Positions 29,763 through 41,100 of a stretch of 64,000 bases of DNA are shown here, piece after piece. How positions within the stretch are numbered: position 1 is the first letter of the stretch; each line of letters begins with the position of its first letter. The position numbers and the translations under genes are program-made. The notes beneath the pieces are model-generated. The model made no database searches and had not been told where the DNA came from. It worked only from the letters and a program-made list of their open reading frames with translations. The stretch is from positions 992,001 to 1,056,000 of the forward strand of contig CBDDIJ010000003.1 in NCBI GenBank assembly GCA_965228855.1, read 5' to 3'. Origin of the DNA: Candidatus Obscuribacterales bacterium. GTDB lineage: Bacteria; Cyanobacteriota; Vampirovibrionia; Obscuribacterales; Obscuribacteraceae.

Positions 29763-30260
29763 ATGTGGCAAACTCAGCAGGAAACCTCTTCGCTAGATGA
29801 CGATGCGATTGGCATTCCGATTCTGCTTTTCAGAATTGGTACTCTGCGCAGTGCTCTGTTTCTTGACTGTGTGGTTCAAGTCTTCGACGCAGTGGAAGTA
29901 GGTGACTTCCCCGACTCGCTGCCCAAAGACGTTCTGGGTTTGATAAATATTCGTGGAATGAAAATTCCTCTTGTAGACATTCGCAGGCGCTGGGGACTGC
30001 CAGGAGGAAAAGTTCAGCTGTCCAATCAGCTGATAGTGATCGAGTCGGAGGGGATTAATCTCAGCATCATCGTTGATGAAGTGATTGGAACGAGGAACAT
30101 ACCGCTGCGAAAGATCATTCATCTGCGTGACCTGTTGCCTGAATTCAGCCCCCATATGGCAATCTCGGACCTCGAAGGAATTTTGATGTTACTGGATTCG
30201 GAGCATCTGTTTTCGTCAAATGAGTTCGACGAATTGAAGAGTTGGTTGGAGGAGCAATAG
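29763..30260 (+). CDS. cheW: CheW-like adaptor
   Basis: LGLINIRG..IPLVDIR and IIVDEV. Confidence 0.88.
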   Translation: MWQTQQETSSLDDDAIGIPILLFRIGTLRSALFLDCVVQVFDAVEVGDFPDSLPKDVLGLINIRGMKIPLVDIRRRWGLPGGKVQLSNQLIVIESEGINLSIIVDEVIGTRNIPLRKIIHLRDLLPEFSPHMAISDLEGILMLLDSEHLFSSNEFDELKSWLEEQ

Positions 30261-30263
30261 CTG

Positions 30264-30671
30264 GTGTCTGGTGACGTTGAACTGTTGGTCATGCAAGTGG
30301 ATGGAAAACAATTTGCCATTCAGGTTGATTCAATTGCCGAGGTAATCGATGCGGTAGAGGCAATCGCATTTATCGACAAGCCCCCCGGCATTCATGGATT
30401 GATTAATCTGCGTGGTGAAATCGTACCCGTCCACGATTTACGTCATTACATGGGCGCTGCCACAAGGGAACTGATCGCTACCGATGAAATCGTTATCGTG
30501 AACGATGGCGCCATTAAGATCGGGATCGCAGTCGATGGAATAGATACCGTGAAAACATATCTCGAGGATCAGCTGTTTGCACAGTCGTTGTCTCCCAACG
30601 CCTTCAAAGTTCTCAGGATTGCCGACCGTAAGCTTTTCATTGACGATATCCGGACATTAATCGAACTCTAA
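30264..30671 (+). CDS. cheW: CheW-like adaptor
   Basis: GLINLRGEIVPVHDLR and GIAVD. Confidence 0.88.
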   Translation: MSGDVELLVMQVDGKQFAIQVDSIAEVIDAVEAIAFIDKPPGIHGLINLRGEIVPVHDLRHYMGAATRELIATDEIVIVNDGAIKIGIAVDGIDTVKTYLEDQLFAQSLSPNAFKVLRIADRKLFIDDIRTLIEL

Positions 30672-30823
30672 GTGAACTTCATTTTTTGATATCTGGTGTT
30701 TCAAGAGAAAGTATCTTCGAACATTGGGTATCTAATTCATAGCCGGTGAAAAACGCGCAGTTGTCAGAATCTTTGGCTGGTGATTTGTGCGAAGTAGGAG
30801 CCTGTGTGCTCAGGGAGGATGTT

Positions 30824-31759
30824 GTGGCTGCCAAATCCAACGGAAGACCGCGCGGTGCGGTAACGAAGAGTGCGTCTCGTTCGGACGCCGAGTTGTCCGA
30901 AGAGTATCAGCGAATTGAAAACGTTGTGGTTGAATTATCGGAACTCGCCCAGGTGATTTTGAAGGCGGCGACGAATCTTTCAATAAATTCGACGCAGACT
31001 GCTGCCGCCGTGACGGAGACCACTACGATTGTCGAAGAGGTACGCCAGACGGTCGAAGTTTCCAGCAAGAAAGCTCAGAATGTCTCAAGCGACGCGAAAA
31101 CAGTATTGCGCACCAGCGAGTTGGGTCAGAAAGCGGCAAGCGATGTCGTGACAGGAATGCAGGCTATCAAAGAACACATGGACTCTTTGACTCGTACAAT
31201 CCTCACGCTGAGAAACCAGACCAAGCAGGTCGGTGAAATCATTGCCACCGTAGATGATATCGCTCAGCAATCGAACTTGCTTGCGGTAAACGCAGCAATC
31301 GAAGCAGCTAGAGCCGGAGAACAGGGAAAAGGTTTTGCAGTAGTCGCACAAGCAATCAAGTCACTTGCCGAGCAATCGAAAAAAGCGACCAGCAACGTGC
31401 GCAGTATTTTGAATGAGATCGTTGAGGCTACGGCGTCGGCTACGATGAAGACCGAGCACGGCAGCAAGGTGGTAGCGGACGGCGAAGGATTTGCCAAGCA
31501 AGCCGGCAACTCGATGGTCACACTGGCGGATAGTATTGCGCGTTCCGCTCAAGCGGCTATTCAAATCGATGCTTCCAGCCAGCAGCAACTGCAGGGAGTT
31601 CAACAGGTCCTTGAGGCAATGAAGAGCGTAGAAGAAGCATCCAACGACAACCAGCGTGGCGCGAAAGAACTCGAACAAGCAGTTGTTCGTTTAAGCGAAC
31701 TAGGCGGTGAACTGAAAGGTCTTACCGAAGGCGTCCAGAAGCGGGTTTTCGGGTCGTAA
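30824..31759 (+). CDS. Cytoplasmic methyl-accepting chemotaxis protein lacking sensor and TM regions
   Basis: [30 protein letters not shown] hairpin. GTG start inferred from the GGGAGG RBS (ORF from 30746). Confidence 0.92.
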   Translation: MAAKSNGRPRGAVTKSASRSDAELSEEYQRIENVVVELSELAQVILKAATNLSINSTQTAAAVTETTTIVEEVRQTVEVSSKKAQNVSSDAKTVLRTSELGQKAASDVVTGMQAIKEHMDSLTRTILTLRNQTKQVGEIIATVDDIAQQSNLLAVNAAIEAARAGEQGKGFAVVAQAIKSLAEQSKKATSNVRSILNEIVEATASATMKTEHGSKVVADGEGFAKQAGNSMVTLADSIARSAQAAIQIDASSQQQLQGVQQVLEAMKSVEEASNDNQRGAKELEQAVVRLSELGGELKGLTEGVQKRVFGS

Positions 31760-31786
31760 GCAACTTAGAGAATCGGGACGTTCTTA

Positions 31787-33448
31787 ATGACTGTGAGTCT
31801 ATCGCAGAACATGCTCAAGACGATGGTCGACTGGGTCGACCTGCATATTGGCTTGAAGGTGTCTGACGTCAGGCTCTCCGATTTTGCAAAGGGAATTTGT
31901 CTGGCTGCTGCCGATAGCGGATTTGACGACCCTCAGCAGTATATCTCGGAATTGATTCGCAGTGCTCCGCGAGAACACGAACTTGGTTTTCTTGCCAGCT
32001 ACCTGACGGTCGGAGAGACCTACTTCTTCAGAGATCCACTCAGCTTCAACCTGCTGTCGACTCGCGTGCTTCCAGAACTCTGTCAGACTGGTAGACCGAT
32101 TAAAATCTGGAGCGCCGGCTGCGCCACAGGCGAAGAGCCTTACTCGATAGCAATTACCGCCCTGAGTGCGATGGCCGAATCGGATCGTGGCAACCTTGAA
32201 ATTCTGGCTACTGATATCAATCCGCGCTATCTGGATATCGCCAAGACCGGCTTGTACAGACGCTGGTCATTTCGAGAAGTACCGTCTTTCATTAAAGACA
32301 AATATTTTAAACTGACGGCCGACGACAGATATTGCCTTGAAGATAAGGTGAAACGGCTGGTTCGGTTCAACTATTTGAACCTTGCTTCGGACGCCTATCC
32401 ATCAGCGTTGACCGGAACCGCCGACGTGGACGTGATTTTTTGCCGAAATGTGCTTATTTACTTCAGTCCTGAGCATGTGACCGAAGTTCTGAACCGTTTT
32501 CACCACAGTTTGAAAGATGGCGGTTATCTGTTCCTGGCTCCAAGCGAAATCCCTCATCCGGCACCGGATAATTTCAAACTTTTAAACGTTGACGGTGCCA
32601 TACTATTGCGCAAAGAGGGACCGAGCTCCGATCATAATCCGAACGTCGTTAGTATCGTTCAAAGCAACTTCGCTTACTTTGGCCAGACAACGACACCAAA
32701 TATGAAGTCATTCGAGAGCCTGATCGATGTGAATGACGGTGCTAGAAAACCGGTCGTCAGCGGACCGGATAGCCTGTCGACTCAAGAAGCGGCGGCTCTG
32801 CTTGCCTCGCTGCAGGCAGGACTCGATGAGAGCAATCGGGGCACGGCCTATGGTGTTTCAAGCATCAATAACGGTATCACTCATGTCTCGTCTCAGTTGG
32901 ACGCTGACTCCGAGTTCTACTCATCAGACACCGTGATAACAGAGGAAGATCTGGAGGATGTCGTCCGGACTGCAACGAATCTCTACCATCAGGGAAAGTA
33001 CGCCGAAGCTATCGATCTTTTGCTGGAACTGCCGGTCAGTCACGATCCAAACTGCGAAGATGCCTTTTTACTTCTCGTCAAATCGTACGCAAATATCGGA
33101 AATCTTGATGCCGCAATGGATTGGAGTGAACGCTTGATTGGTTATGAGCCCATCAATGCTCGCTGGTATTATTTGCGTGCCACCATACAGCAGGAACTTG
33201 GTGAAGATGGTGCTGCCTCGATCTCGTTGCGACAGGCGATTTTCTTGGATCCTGATTTTGTCCTTGCCCATTTTTCGCTGGGAAACATCCACCGTCAATC
33301 CGGAGACCAATTGCTTGCCCGGCGTTGTTTTCAACGTGTTATCGAATTGCTTGGCACCGTAAATGGTGCGGTGGAAATTGAAGACTCCGATGGTTTGTTA
33401 GCCGGTCAATTAATGACCATCGTAAAAAGCTTAGTGGAAGGAGGATAG
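31787..33448 (+). CDS. cheR: CheR methyltransferase with C-terminal TPRs (WspC/FrzF-like)
   Basis: GETYFFR, WSAGCATGEEPYS, FCRNVLIYF and TPR repeats. Confidence 0.95.
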   Translation: MTVSLSQNMLKTMVDWVDLHIGLKVSDVRLSDFAKGICLAAADSGFDDPQQYISELIRSAPREHELGFLASYLTVGETYFFRDPLSFNLLSTRVLPELCQTGRPIKIWSAGCATGEEPYSIAITALSAMAESDRGNLEILATDINPRYLDIAKTGLYRRWSFREVPSFIKDKYFKLTADDRYCLEDKVKRLVRFNYLNLASDAYPSALTGTADVDVIFCRNVLIYFSPEHVTEVLNRFHHSLKDGGYLFLAPSEIPHPAPDNFKLLNVDGAILLRKEGPSSDHNPNVVSIVQSNFAYFGQTTTPNMKSFESLIDVNDGARKPVVSGPDSLSTQEAAALLASLQAGLDESNRGTAYGVSSINNGITHVSSQLDADSEFYSSDTVITEEDLEDVVRTATNLYHQGKYAEAIDLLLELPVSHDPNCEDAFLLLVKSYANIGNLDAAMDWSERLIGYEPINARWYYLRATIQQELGEDGAASISLRQAIFLDPDFVLAHFSLGNIHRQSGDQLLARRCFQRVIELLGTVNGAVEIEDSDGLLAGQLMTIVKSLVEGG

Positions 33449-33451
33449 ACA

Positions 33452-34012
33452 GTGCCGGATGAGACAGGCGGCTCTGCGTCGCCGGAAACACAGGGACACT
33501 TAGAAGCGCAATTGAGAAGAAGCATTCTCAAGCGGCGCGCTGTAAAATTGGCGCGCCCACTGGAGAAGCCGGAAATACCGCCGGGACGGCAGTATGTGTC
33601 ATTCGTCCTTTCGCGTCAGTCATTCGCCTTTGATGTGCAGTATGTGGAGGAAGTATTCCAGATAAAGAGTGTCCTTCCGGTCCCTGGAACTCCGCCCTAC
33701 ATAGTTGGTATAGCCAGCCTGCGCGGTCCTCTTATTTCGATAATCGACTTGAGACATCTTTGTAATTTGCACGAAAAGGCTGTGATGGGCTCTGACAAAA
33801 CCTTGATTATACGCACCCCCTCGATGCGTGTGGGAGTGATGACCGACGAGGTGACCGGATTGGATTTCGTGCCCGATGATGATATTACCCGCGAATCCCC
33901 GATATTCTCGCACATCCCGCGGCGTTTTGTTGAAGGCATTACCCGCGATGGCACGATTATTTTGAACTGCACAAATCTGTTCACCATGGAAACGATGGAG
34001 GTCAGCGAGTAA
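33452..34012 (+). CDS. cheW: CheW-like adaptor
   Basis: PVPGTPPYIVGIASLRG..ISIIDL. Confidence 0.9.
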   Translation: MPDETGGSASPETQGHLEAQLRRSILKRRAVKLARPLEKPEIPPGRQYVSFVLSRQSFAFDVQYVEEVFQIKSVLPVPGTPPYIVGIASLRGPLISIIDLRHLCNLHEKAVMGSDKTLIIRTPSMRVGVMTDEVTGLDFVPDDDITRESPIFSHIPRRFVEGITRDGTIILNCTNLFTMETMEVSE

Positions 34013-34015
34013 TTA

Positions 34016-36340
34016 ATGGATCCGGAGTTTTTAAAGAGACTGCAAGAAGCCTTCGTAGAAGAAGCTAATGAACAGATTCAGGTCATCCGTTCATGCTTAA
34101 TGATGCTGGAGCGCGAAGATAGCGATAAGAGCGCCGCTGTGGAATCGCTATTGCGAACTTTTCATAGCCTGAAGGGGTCATCGCGCGCGGTCAGCTTGCG
34201 GTCTGTTGAATCAACCTGCCAGTCCATCGAAAACACGCTGGTCAGCTACAAAGGTGAAGAATCCAAAATCGCCCGCTTTGTTATAGACCGCCTCCACGAA
34301 TGGACTGACGCACTTCAGCGAGTTGTCGAAAGCGTTGCTTCCGGCGAGTCATATACGGAAGGTGAACTTGAACGCGTCATCGCGGCACTTCCTGATCATG
34401 CGGTCATAGAAGCCACGATATCGTCGACTAGCCTTCCAGCACTCGGTGAAGACGGAGATACCGGTCAATACGTTCGATTGAGTTCGAGTGGTTCTGAAGA
34501 AACGGTTGGTGCATCCGGTATACATCGTACGGCGTCCATGGGCACAATAGGCTCCACCGTTCGCTTGAAAGTCGATAGAGTCGAAGATCTGGTGCACGGT
34601 ACCGAAGAACTCGTTTATGCCAAGCTCGTCTCCGACCAGCGCTACATTGATTGTGGTGAACTGCAGCTGATTCTCAATCAATGGGTCAGGCGCTGGCAGC
34701 GATTGAGACCGGAGGTTGAGAATGAAGTGCAGAGACGCAGCCTCTATGCTGTCGCCGGTCAATCAGCAACCAATTTCAATACAGCCGGTCTTCAGGAGTT
34801 TCTCGACCTTCACGACAGCTTTGTCGGGAAGCTTTCCGATCGTTTAAACACCCTCGAGAAGTCGGTTCTTTCTGATAGAAGAACGATTGGAACGCTGATT
34901 GATACTATTTTGGAACAGAGCCGCGAACTGACGATGATACCATTCTCGGTGCTTCAGGATTTGTTTCTGAAGATGGTTCGTGATATCGCCAAAGACGAAG
35001 GAAAGCGTATCTCTTTGAAGATTATTGGAGGTGCCGTTGAAATCGACAGGCACATCCTGGATGAATTGCGAGAGCCCCTGGTTCACCTGTTGAGAAACGC
35101 CGTCGATCATGGAGTTGAAACTCCACAGGAGAGGACCGCAGCAGGCAAGCCGCCCGAGGCTACGATAGAGATTCAGCTGTCGCAACCTCGCTCCGGAAAG
35201 GTCGAGATCGTTGTTCGTGACGATGGACGCGGAATTGATCCTGAGAAACTTAAACATAGCGCCGTCGAGAAAGGTATTCTGCCATTCGATCGTGCCAAAG
35301 AGCTCTCTTACCAGGAAGCTCTGGCATTGATTTTTCGCTCGTCATTCTCCACTCGTGGCACAGTCAGCGATATCTCCGGCAGAGGTCTGGGTTGCGCAAT
35401 TGTTAAAGACAAGCTCGAACAGATGGGCGGAACCGTTGAAATTAGTTCCAGAATTGGAAAAGAAACCAAATTTCGCCTTGCCGTTCCCGTTCGGCGTGCC
35501 ACTATGGTCGGTATCGCCGTCTCAGTCGGGGGACGTACGTTTGTAATACCTACAGCCTCAATTCGAGCAGCTGTGCGCGTTCGTGACCAGGAAGTCCGAA
35601 CCGTTGAGGGGCGGCAAGCGATGATTTTCCATGAACGATTGGTTCCTGTTGTCTCTCTTGCTGACGTTCTCCACATCGAGTCCAGCGTGCCTCTCGATGA
35701 TTGCACGATTCTTGTGGTAGGAAGTGACGATTATCCGATCGCACTCGTCGTCGAAGATATTTTTGGCGAGCAAGAAGTCGCTGTGAAAAACTTGCCAGCC
35801 CCATTGACTCAAGTTCGAAATATTGGCGGCGCAACTCTTCTCAAAAACGGTGATCTTGCCGTAGTGGTCAACATGAATGATGTTCTAACATCGGCAATTC
35901 TTGTGGGGTCAATGGCTCCAGCGCCGCAATTGACCTCTTCTTCGCGTGTCGAAGCAAAATCTCGACCGGCTGCGCAAAAGAAAATTCTGGTGGTTGAGGA
36001 TTCTATAACCTCTCGCGTTCTTTTGAAAAATATTCTGGAATCTGCTGGGTTTCAAGTCTCTCTGGCCAACGATGGACAGGACGGCTGGGAAAAAATCCAA
36101 CAGGAACCGAATTTCGATCTCGTAGTCAGTGATGTCGAAATGCCCCGTATGACCGGATTTGAACTGACAACCAAAATCAGAAAAGAATCAAAAGCAAAAG
36201 ACGTTCCAATTATCATCGTTACATCCCTCGCCTCACTGGAGGACCGGCGAAAGGGTGTGGAAGTGGGGGCAAACGCCTATTTCGTTAAAAGCAACTTTGA
36301 GAAGTCGAATCTTCTCGAAATGGTAAAAAGGCTGATCTGA
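34016..36340 (+). CDS. cheA: Hybrid CheA histidine kinase with C-terminal receiver (WspE/FrzE-like)
   Basis: FHSLKG HPt, HLLRNAVDHG, DDGRG, SGRGLG, CheW domain and REC (VEDS...SDVEMP). Confidence 0.96.
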   Translation: MDPEFLKRLQEAFVEEANEQIQVIRSCLMMLEREDSDKSAAVESLLRTFHSLKGSSRAVSLRSVESTCQSIENTLVSYKGEESKIARFVIDRLHEWTDALQRVVESVASGESYTEGELERVIAALPDHAVIEATISSTSLPALGEDGDTGQYVRLSSSGSEETVGASGIHRTASMGTIGSTVRLKVDRVEDLVHGTEELVYAKLVSDQRYIDCGELQLILNQWVRRWQRLRPEVENEVQRRSLYAVAGQSATNFNTAGLQEFLDLHDSFVGKLSDRLNTLEKSVLSDRRTIGTLIDTILEQSRELTMIPFSVLQDLFLKMVRDIAKDEGKRISLKIIGGAVEIDRHILDELREPLVHLLRNAVDHGVETPQERTAAGKPPEATIEIQLSQPRSGKVEIVVRDDGRGIDPEKLKHSAVEKGILPFDRAKELSYQEALALIFRSSFSTRGTVSDISGRGLGCAIVKDKLEQMGGTVEISSRIGKETKFRLAVPVRRATMVGIAVSVGGRTFVIPTASIRAAVRVRDQEVRTVEGRQAMIFHERLVPVVSLADVLHIESSVPLDDCTILVVGSDDYPIALVVEDIFGEQEVAVKNLPAPLTQVRNIGGATLLKNGDLAVVVNMNDVLTSAILVGSMAPAPQLTSSSRVEAKSRPAAQKKILVVEDSITSRVLLKNILESAGFQVSLANDGQDGWEKIQQEPNFDLVVSDVEMPRMTGFELTTKIRKESKAKDVPIIIVTSLASLEDRRKGVEVGANAYFVKSNFEKSNLLEMVKRLI

Positions 36341-36351
36341 GAAAACACTGA

Positions 36352-37434
36352 ATGTCGGAAACTGATATCAAAATCCTAATCATCGAGCCTGCCGACCAGG
36401 CTCAGCAGCAGCTTATTAAGATTTTGGAATCCGACGAGCATTTGCGCGTTCTGGGAATCGTTGAAAGTGCAGCCGATGCTCTTCGATTTATTTCTCGCAC
36501 GAAGCCTGATTTGATTACAGTTGACATTAGTTTGCCGGGCGCTGACGGACTTTCGTTCACTCGAGAAATAATGGAGACTAACCCGATTCCGATTGTGGTG
36601 ATTGGTTCTGCTGAAACAGACGAGGCGACACACGCGTTCGATATGCTTAAAGCGGGTGCTCTGGCTACCGTTGAAAAGCCGGTTGCAGGGCTCGATAGTG
36701 GAGACGACACCTCGCGTCGATTAATCGAAACTATCAAGACGATGGCGGAAATAAAGTTAGTCCGTCGAATCCGCCACCGGCAAGGCAAAGGCGTTCCATC
36801 ATCATTTCGTAATTCCGGGCAAACAGAAGAAGACTCCTCAAATTCGCCGCTCGAACTTGTAGCGATTGGCGCATCGACCGGCGGTCCCGGCGTAATTCAA
36901 CAGATCTTGAGGGGCCTTCCTAAGGACTTTCCATCCCCGATATTGATCGCTCAGCACATCGCTCCCGGTTTCACAGACGCGCTTGTACACTGGCTCTCCA
37001 GCACTACCGGATTCGATGTTCGAATTTGCGGTAACAACGATAAGTTGGAACCGTCGGTTGCGTACTTATGCCCGGAAGGTTTTCAAACCGGAATTTCAAA
37101 CAATTTACGAGTCAAGCTCGCTGAGGACGATTGTATGAATGGTGTGCGTCCTTCTGTGTCTTATCTGTTCGCGTCGATGTCAGAGATTGCCGGTAAACGT
37201 TTTGCTGCAATCCTATTGACGGGGATGGGACGTGATGGAGCCGAAGAACTCAAAATTCTTCGAGACTGCGGTTCGACCGTCACCATCGTGCAAGACGCGG
37301 AGACTTCTCTGGTTCACGGCATGCCGGGAGAAGCAATTAAGTTGGGCGCCGCTCAGCATGTGGTTTCACCTCAGAAAATCGTAGAGATACTTCTGGACCT
37401 GGCGTGCGCGAAGAGGAGGCAAAGTGGCGATTGA
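36352..37434 (+). CDS. cheB: CheB methylesterase
   Basis: REC domain plus GASTGGP, QHI and LTGMGRDGA catalytic motifs. Confidence 0.95.
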   Translation: MSETDIKILIIEPADQAQQQLIKILESDEHLRVLGIVESAADALRFISRTKPDLITVDISLPGADGLSFTREIMETNPIPIVVIGSAETDEATHAFDMLKAGALATVEKPVAGLDSGDDTSRRLIETIKTMAEIKLVRRIRHRQGKGVPSSFRNSGQTEEDSSNSPLELVAIGASTGGPGVIQQILRGLPKDFPSPILIAQHIAPGFTDALVHWLSSTTGFDVRICGNNDKLEPSVAYLCPEGFQTGISNNLRVKLAEDDCMNGVRPSVSYLFASMSEIAGKRFAAILLTGMGRDGAEELKILRDCGSTVTIVQDAETSLVHGMPGEAIKLGAAQHVVSPQKIVEILLDLACAKRRQSGD

Positions 37435-37945
37435 AAACAAACAGATCTTGTTAGTGGAGGACACCCTGACTCAGGCAATGCTCTACCAACACATGCTTGA
37501 AAAGCGCGGCTTTCAAGTAAAGATCGCCCGGAGTGGAAAGCAGGCGCTGGAGCAGATTGAGAAAGAAAAGCCTAACGTTGTTTTAACCGACATCAATATG
37601 CCTGATATGAACGGCTTTGAGCTTTCTAACGCTATAAAAACTAGTGATACCACGCGCGATATCATCGTTGTTCTTTTGACCACGACCTTGTCGCCGCAAA
37701 CGATCTTTGATTGCATTAATTGTGGAGCTGACGAAATAAGTTTGAAAGGACTCAAAGAGGATGCGTTTCTTCAACTGATGAAGCAAAGCACGGAACGTCG
37801 GATTGAGTTTCAAGAACCAGCGGCTGACCTGCATGCCTGCGTCACTGAGGCTGACGTGAGTTCTGAAATAAAATCCAGCAATCGACAATCCCTGCGACTG
37901 TTGCTTTCGATGTACGACCTGCTGGTCAAAATCCAGGAAAATTGA
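37424..37945 (+). CDS. Response regulator receiver protein
   Basis: LLVED...LTDINMPDMNG. Confidence 0.9.
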   Translation: MAIENKQILLVEDTLTQAMLYQHMLEKRGFQVKIARSGKQALEQIEKEKPNVVLTDINMPDMNGFELSNAIKTSDTTRDIIVVLLTTTLSPQTIFDCINCGADEISLKGLKEDAFLQLMKQSTERRIEFQEPAADLHACVTEADVSSEIKSSNRQSLRLLLSMYDLLVKIQEN

Positions 37946-38190
37946 CCGTCCAAAGTCGTCGGTGCTCTTCAAAATTCCGAAAAGAAAAAAGTGTCAGCCG
38001 CTCTTTTCAGGTTCTCAGTTTTGAGTGTCTTATAAGTTCTATCGGTAGAACCAGAAGGCTTCTCAGGTGTTACGCAAACGGCGTTTGAGGTTTCCTATTA
38101 AATTGACCGGGTACAAGATAAAAGGGAAATGACTGGTTTTACGTCCAAAGCTGGACGCAAGTTGGACCGCGAGGTAAAAAGAAGGCAAAT

Positions 38191-41100
38191 ATGAGTAACG
38201 AATGGAATTGGCACGTTAACAGCTTACAAACGCGCCTCAATGACCTTCAATCCACCATCGATTCAATAAAATCGTGCGTGGAGCGTCGGCCAGGTTTGGA
38301 TGCTGCAACACAGGCGATTGCTGCATTAATAGAGGCTTCCACCCAGTCCGAATATGCGCTTCAAGAATTTCCTACCGCTTTGAGTCAAATACTTTCCGAC
38401 CCGGCAATCGGGTCTTTGTTGATCGGACCTCAAGGCGAAATAGTCTTATACAACGCCACTGCCGAGCAGCTTCTCGGTCGCGACTACCTGGCAGAACGCA
38501 GCATGAGCAGTTTGCAGTTTTCTGCCGAAGATCGCTCCACACGTCTGTTGGCAGATGATTTGCCCTGGAACCGCGCGCTAAAAGGAGAATCACTTCCCGA
38601 TGTTCGCCTTCATTTGAGCCGTCCGACCAATCCGGACACATGGATTAATGTCTCGGCGACTCCATTCAGAAGTCCGGCTGGCGTGATCACGGGTGCGGTC
38701 GTATTTATTATCGACACCACTGAAGAGGTCCAACTTGAAGGCAGCATCAATACTTTGTGCAACACCATTCACGATCAGATCGCGCAGGTCGGCAGCACTC
38801 ATACTCAACTTCGCGATTTAGCAGACCGCCTTTCAAATGTTGGTATCCAGAGGATCCTTTCGGATGGCGCTCCGGCGCCTGGCCGACCAGAGGAGGACCC
38901 CACCAGAAAAAAGTCCGAACCTCGCCGTGACGCGGGTGTAATCCCGCCCGCGGCGAGGCAAGCATCGCTTCCTCAAGCAGCTAAAAACAAAAATCTAATT
39001 CCTCCGGTTCCCACATCGAAGTCTGTTGACAGCGAATCTGAGTCCCCCAGGTCGGATTCGACTTTGGATTCGAGCGCTTACAGCGCTGAGGAACTGGATC
39101 TCGGGCAGTCCGGTACATGGGCGCAAGTTCAGGAGAAGGCTGGAGTTGCTGATGCTGCCGACCTCGAGTCCGCAAATCGTGCTGATGTCCATATTCCAGA
39201 AGGCTCCAAGACGCTTGAAGTCGAGCGTGTTGAGATAGAGCCTGAGGCGACGGTCGCAGAACCAGACGAACAATTCCCAACCGAGCAGTCAATCGAGAAA
39301 CTGCAAGAAGTTTCGCTCACCGACGATCAGAATACCACCTCTGAATTCATCGATATGAGCGCTCACTTCAACGAGAACGAGCTGCTCAGCGAAGATTCCG
39401 GCGAAGTTGAAGCGCTCTCTAATGAAATGTCTGCTCATGAAGACGACGTCGCTGTCGCTGCAGCCGGAGAGGATGTTGCTGCTCTATCCGATGATAGCAA
39501 CGTAGAACCTGAGACTTTCGAGGGCTGGACTTCTGCGCCGGCCGCCGCTGAAGACCATGTCGATGGTAGCGCCGGCGAAGGCGATCAGGTAGCAGATTCT
39601 GCAAAATCTTTATTCGGTAAATTTGCCAACCTCACAAAAGACTCATACTCTGAAGCCAAGTTCGATGATAAAGAACCGGACCCTGCCCTCCCCTGGCCAG
39701 AGCTTGTTGATGCTCCTGATTACGGCGAGCCGCTGTGGGACGAGTATACTCAGTCGGAAGAGGAAGCTACCCCGTGGCAAAAAGATCGGGTAGGCGAAGA
39801 ATCTGCTTTTGCACTTCCTCCGGTAGAAGTCAATGTTGCTTCTGAGGAAGTCACTCATGCCGTTGATGAAGATGTTGAAGAGGTTGAAGAAGTATACTCG
39901 GATGCGGAATCACATGAGGCTCAGGAAATTGAATCGGAATACGCCGAGCCTGATCGTGCTGAAGAGCCCGTTGAGCAAGAGTATGTTCAAAACGAGGAAG
40001 CTCAAGAGCAATTCTCGTTTGCAGGAAACCCGCCGCAGGATGAGCCCACGCTAGCTGACGAAGATGCTGTCTTTGCCGATGCTGATCTGGACATGTCCGT
40101 GGAAGAACCGTATGTGGTGCCCGGCGACGATGAGAGCGTTCAAGAATCCGGCGAATTCGAACAAGCTGAACACGAAGTTGCTGCAGCCTTCGATGAGGTC
40201 GATTCTGAGGTCGCTGCCGATGACTTCAGTCCGGTAGAACCCGTTGCTGAAGCGGAAGAAGCAATTGAAGTGGTAATAGAAGAGGCTCCGTCTGCCAGTA
40301 CCGCCACTGATACCACCGACAAGCAGGATGCACTAGGCACTGGGAACAGACTATCAGCACTGAAGGATCGAAAACCCAGAGCAAGCGCTTCCTACAACAG
40401 ATTGAAGCCGCTCAGTGCTGCCGGCGAACTTGACGAGGATGAAGATGGTTTTCTCAATGAGGGGCTTGTCAAATTCTCTGCCGACGAACTGGCTCCGGTT
40501 GAAGAAGGGCCAAAGCGGGTTCTCGTTGTAGATGATATTCCCGTGAATCAGAAACTTCTTTTGTTGCACCTCAAGCGACTCGGATATGAAGCCGATGTGG
40601 CCAGCAACGGTCAAGAGGCCCTGGACATGTTGGCCGAAAAGGCTTATGAACTGATCCTTATGGATTGCGATATGCCGGTCATGAGCGGCTTTGAGGCGGC
40701 CAGCCGCATCCGCAGCAACGAGGCTTACTCACACAGACGCATTCCGATTATCGCTTTGACTTCGTATGATCGAGAGGGTGACAAAGAGAAGTGTATCGCT
40801 TCCGGAATGGATGACTACATCACTAAAGGCGCCAGTCAGAAGGAATTAAAAGATACCATTGAACGCTCAATAGTATCTGCGCGCATGAAAGATGAAACTC
40901 TCAGTACTGCTGAGTCGGAGGATGAAGCCGACGCTGCGCCGCTCGACATCACTGCGATGCTCAAACTTTACGGTCGCGAAGAGGTCGAAGAGATTAGCAG
41001 GCTGTTTTTGAGCAACATGGGAACTTATATTGAGTGCATGCAACTTGCAATCGATAATAAAGATGCAGATTCTGTCGCACATTTCGCGAATGCGGTAAAA

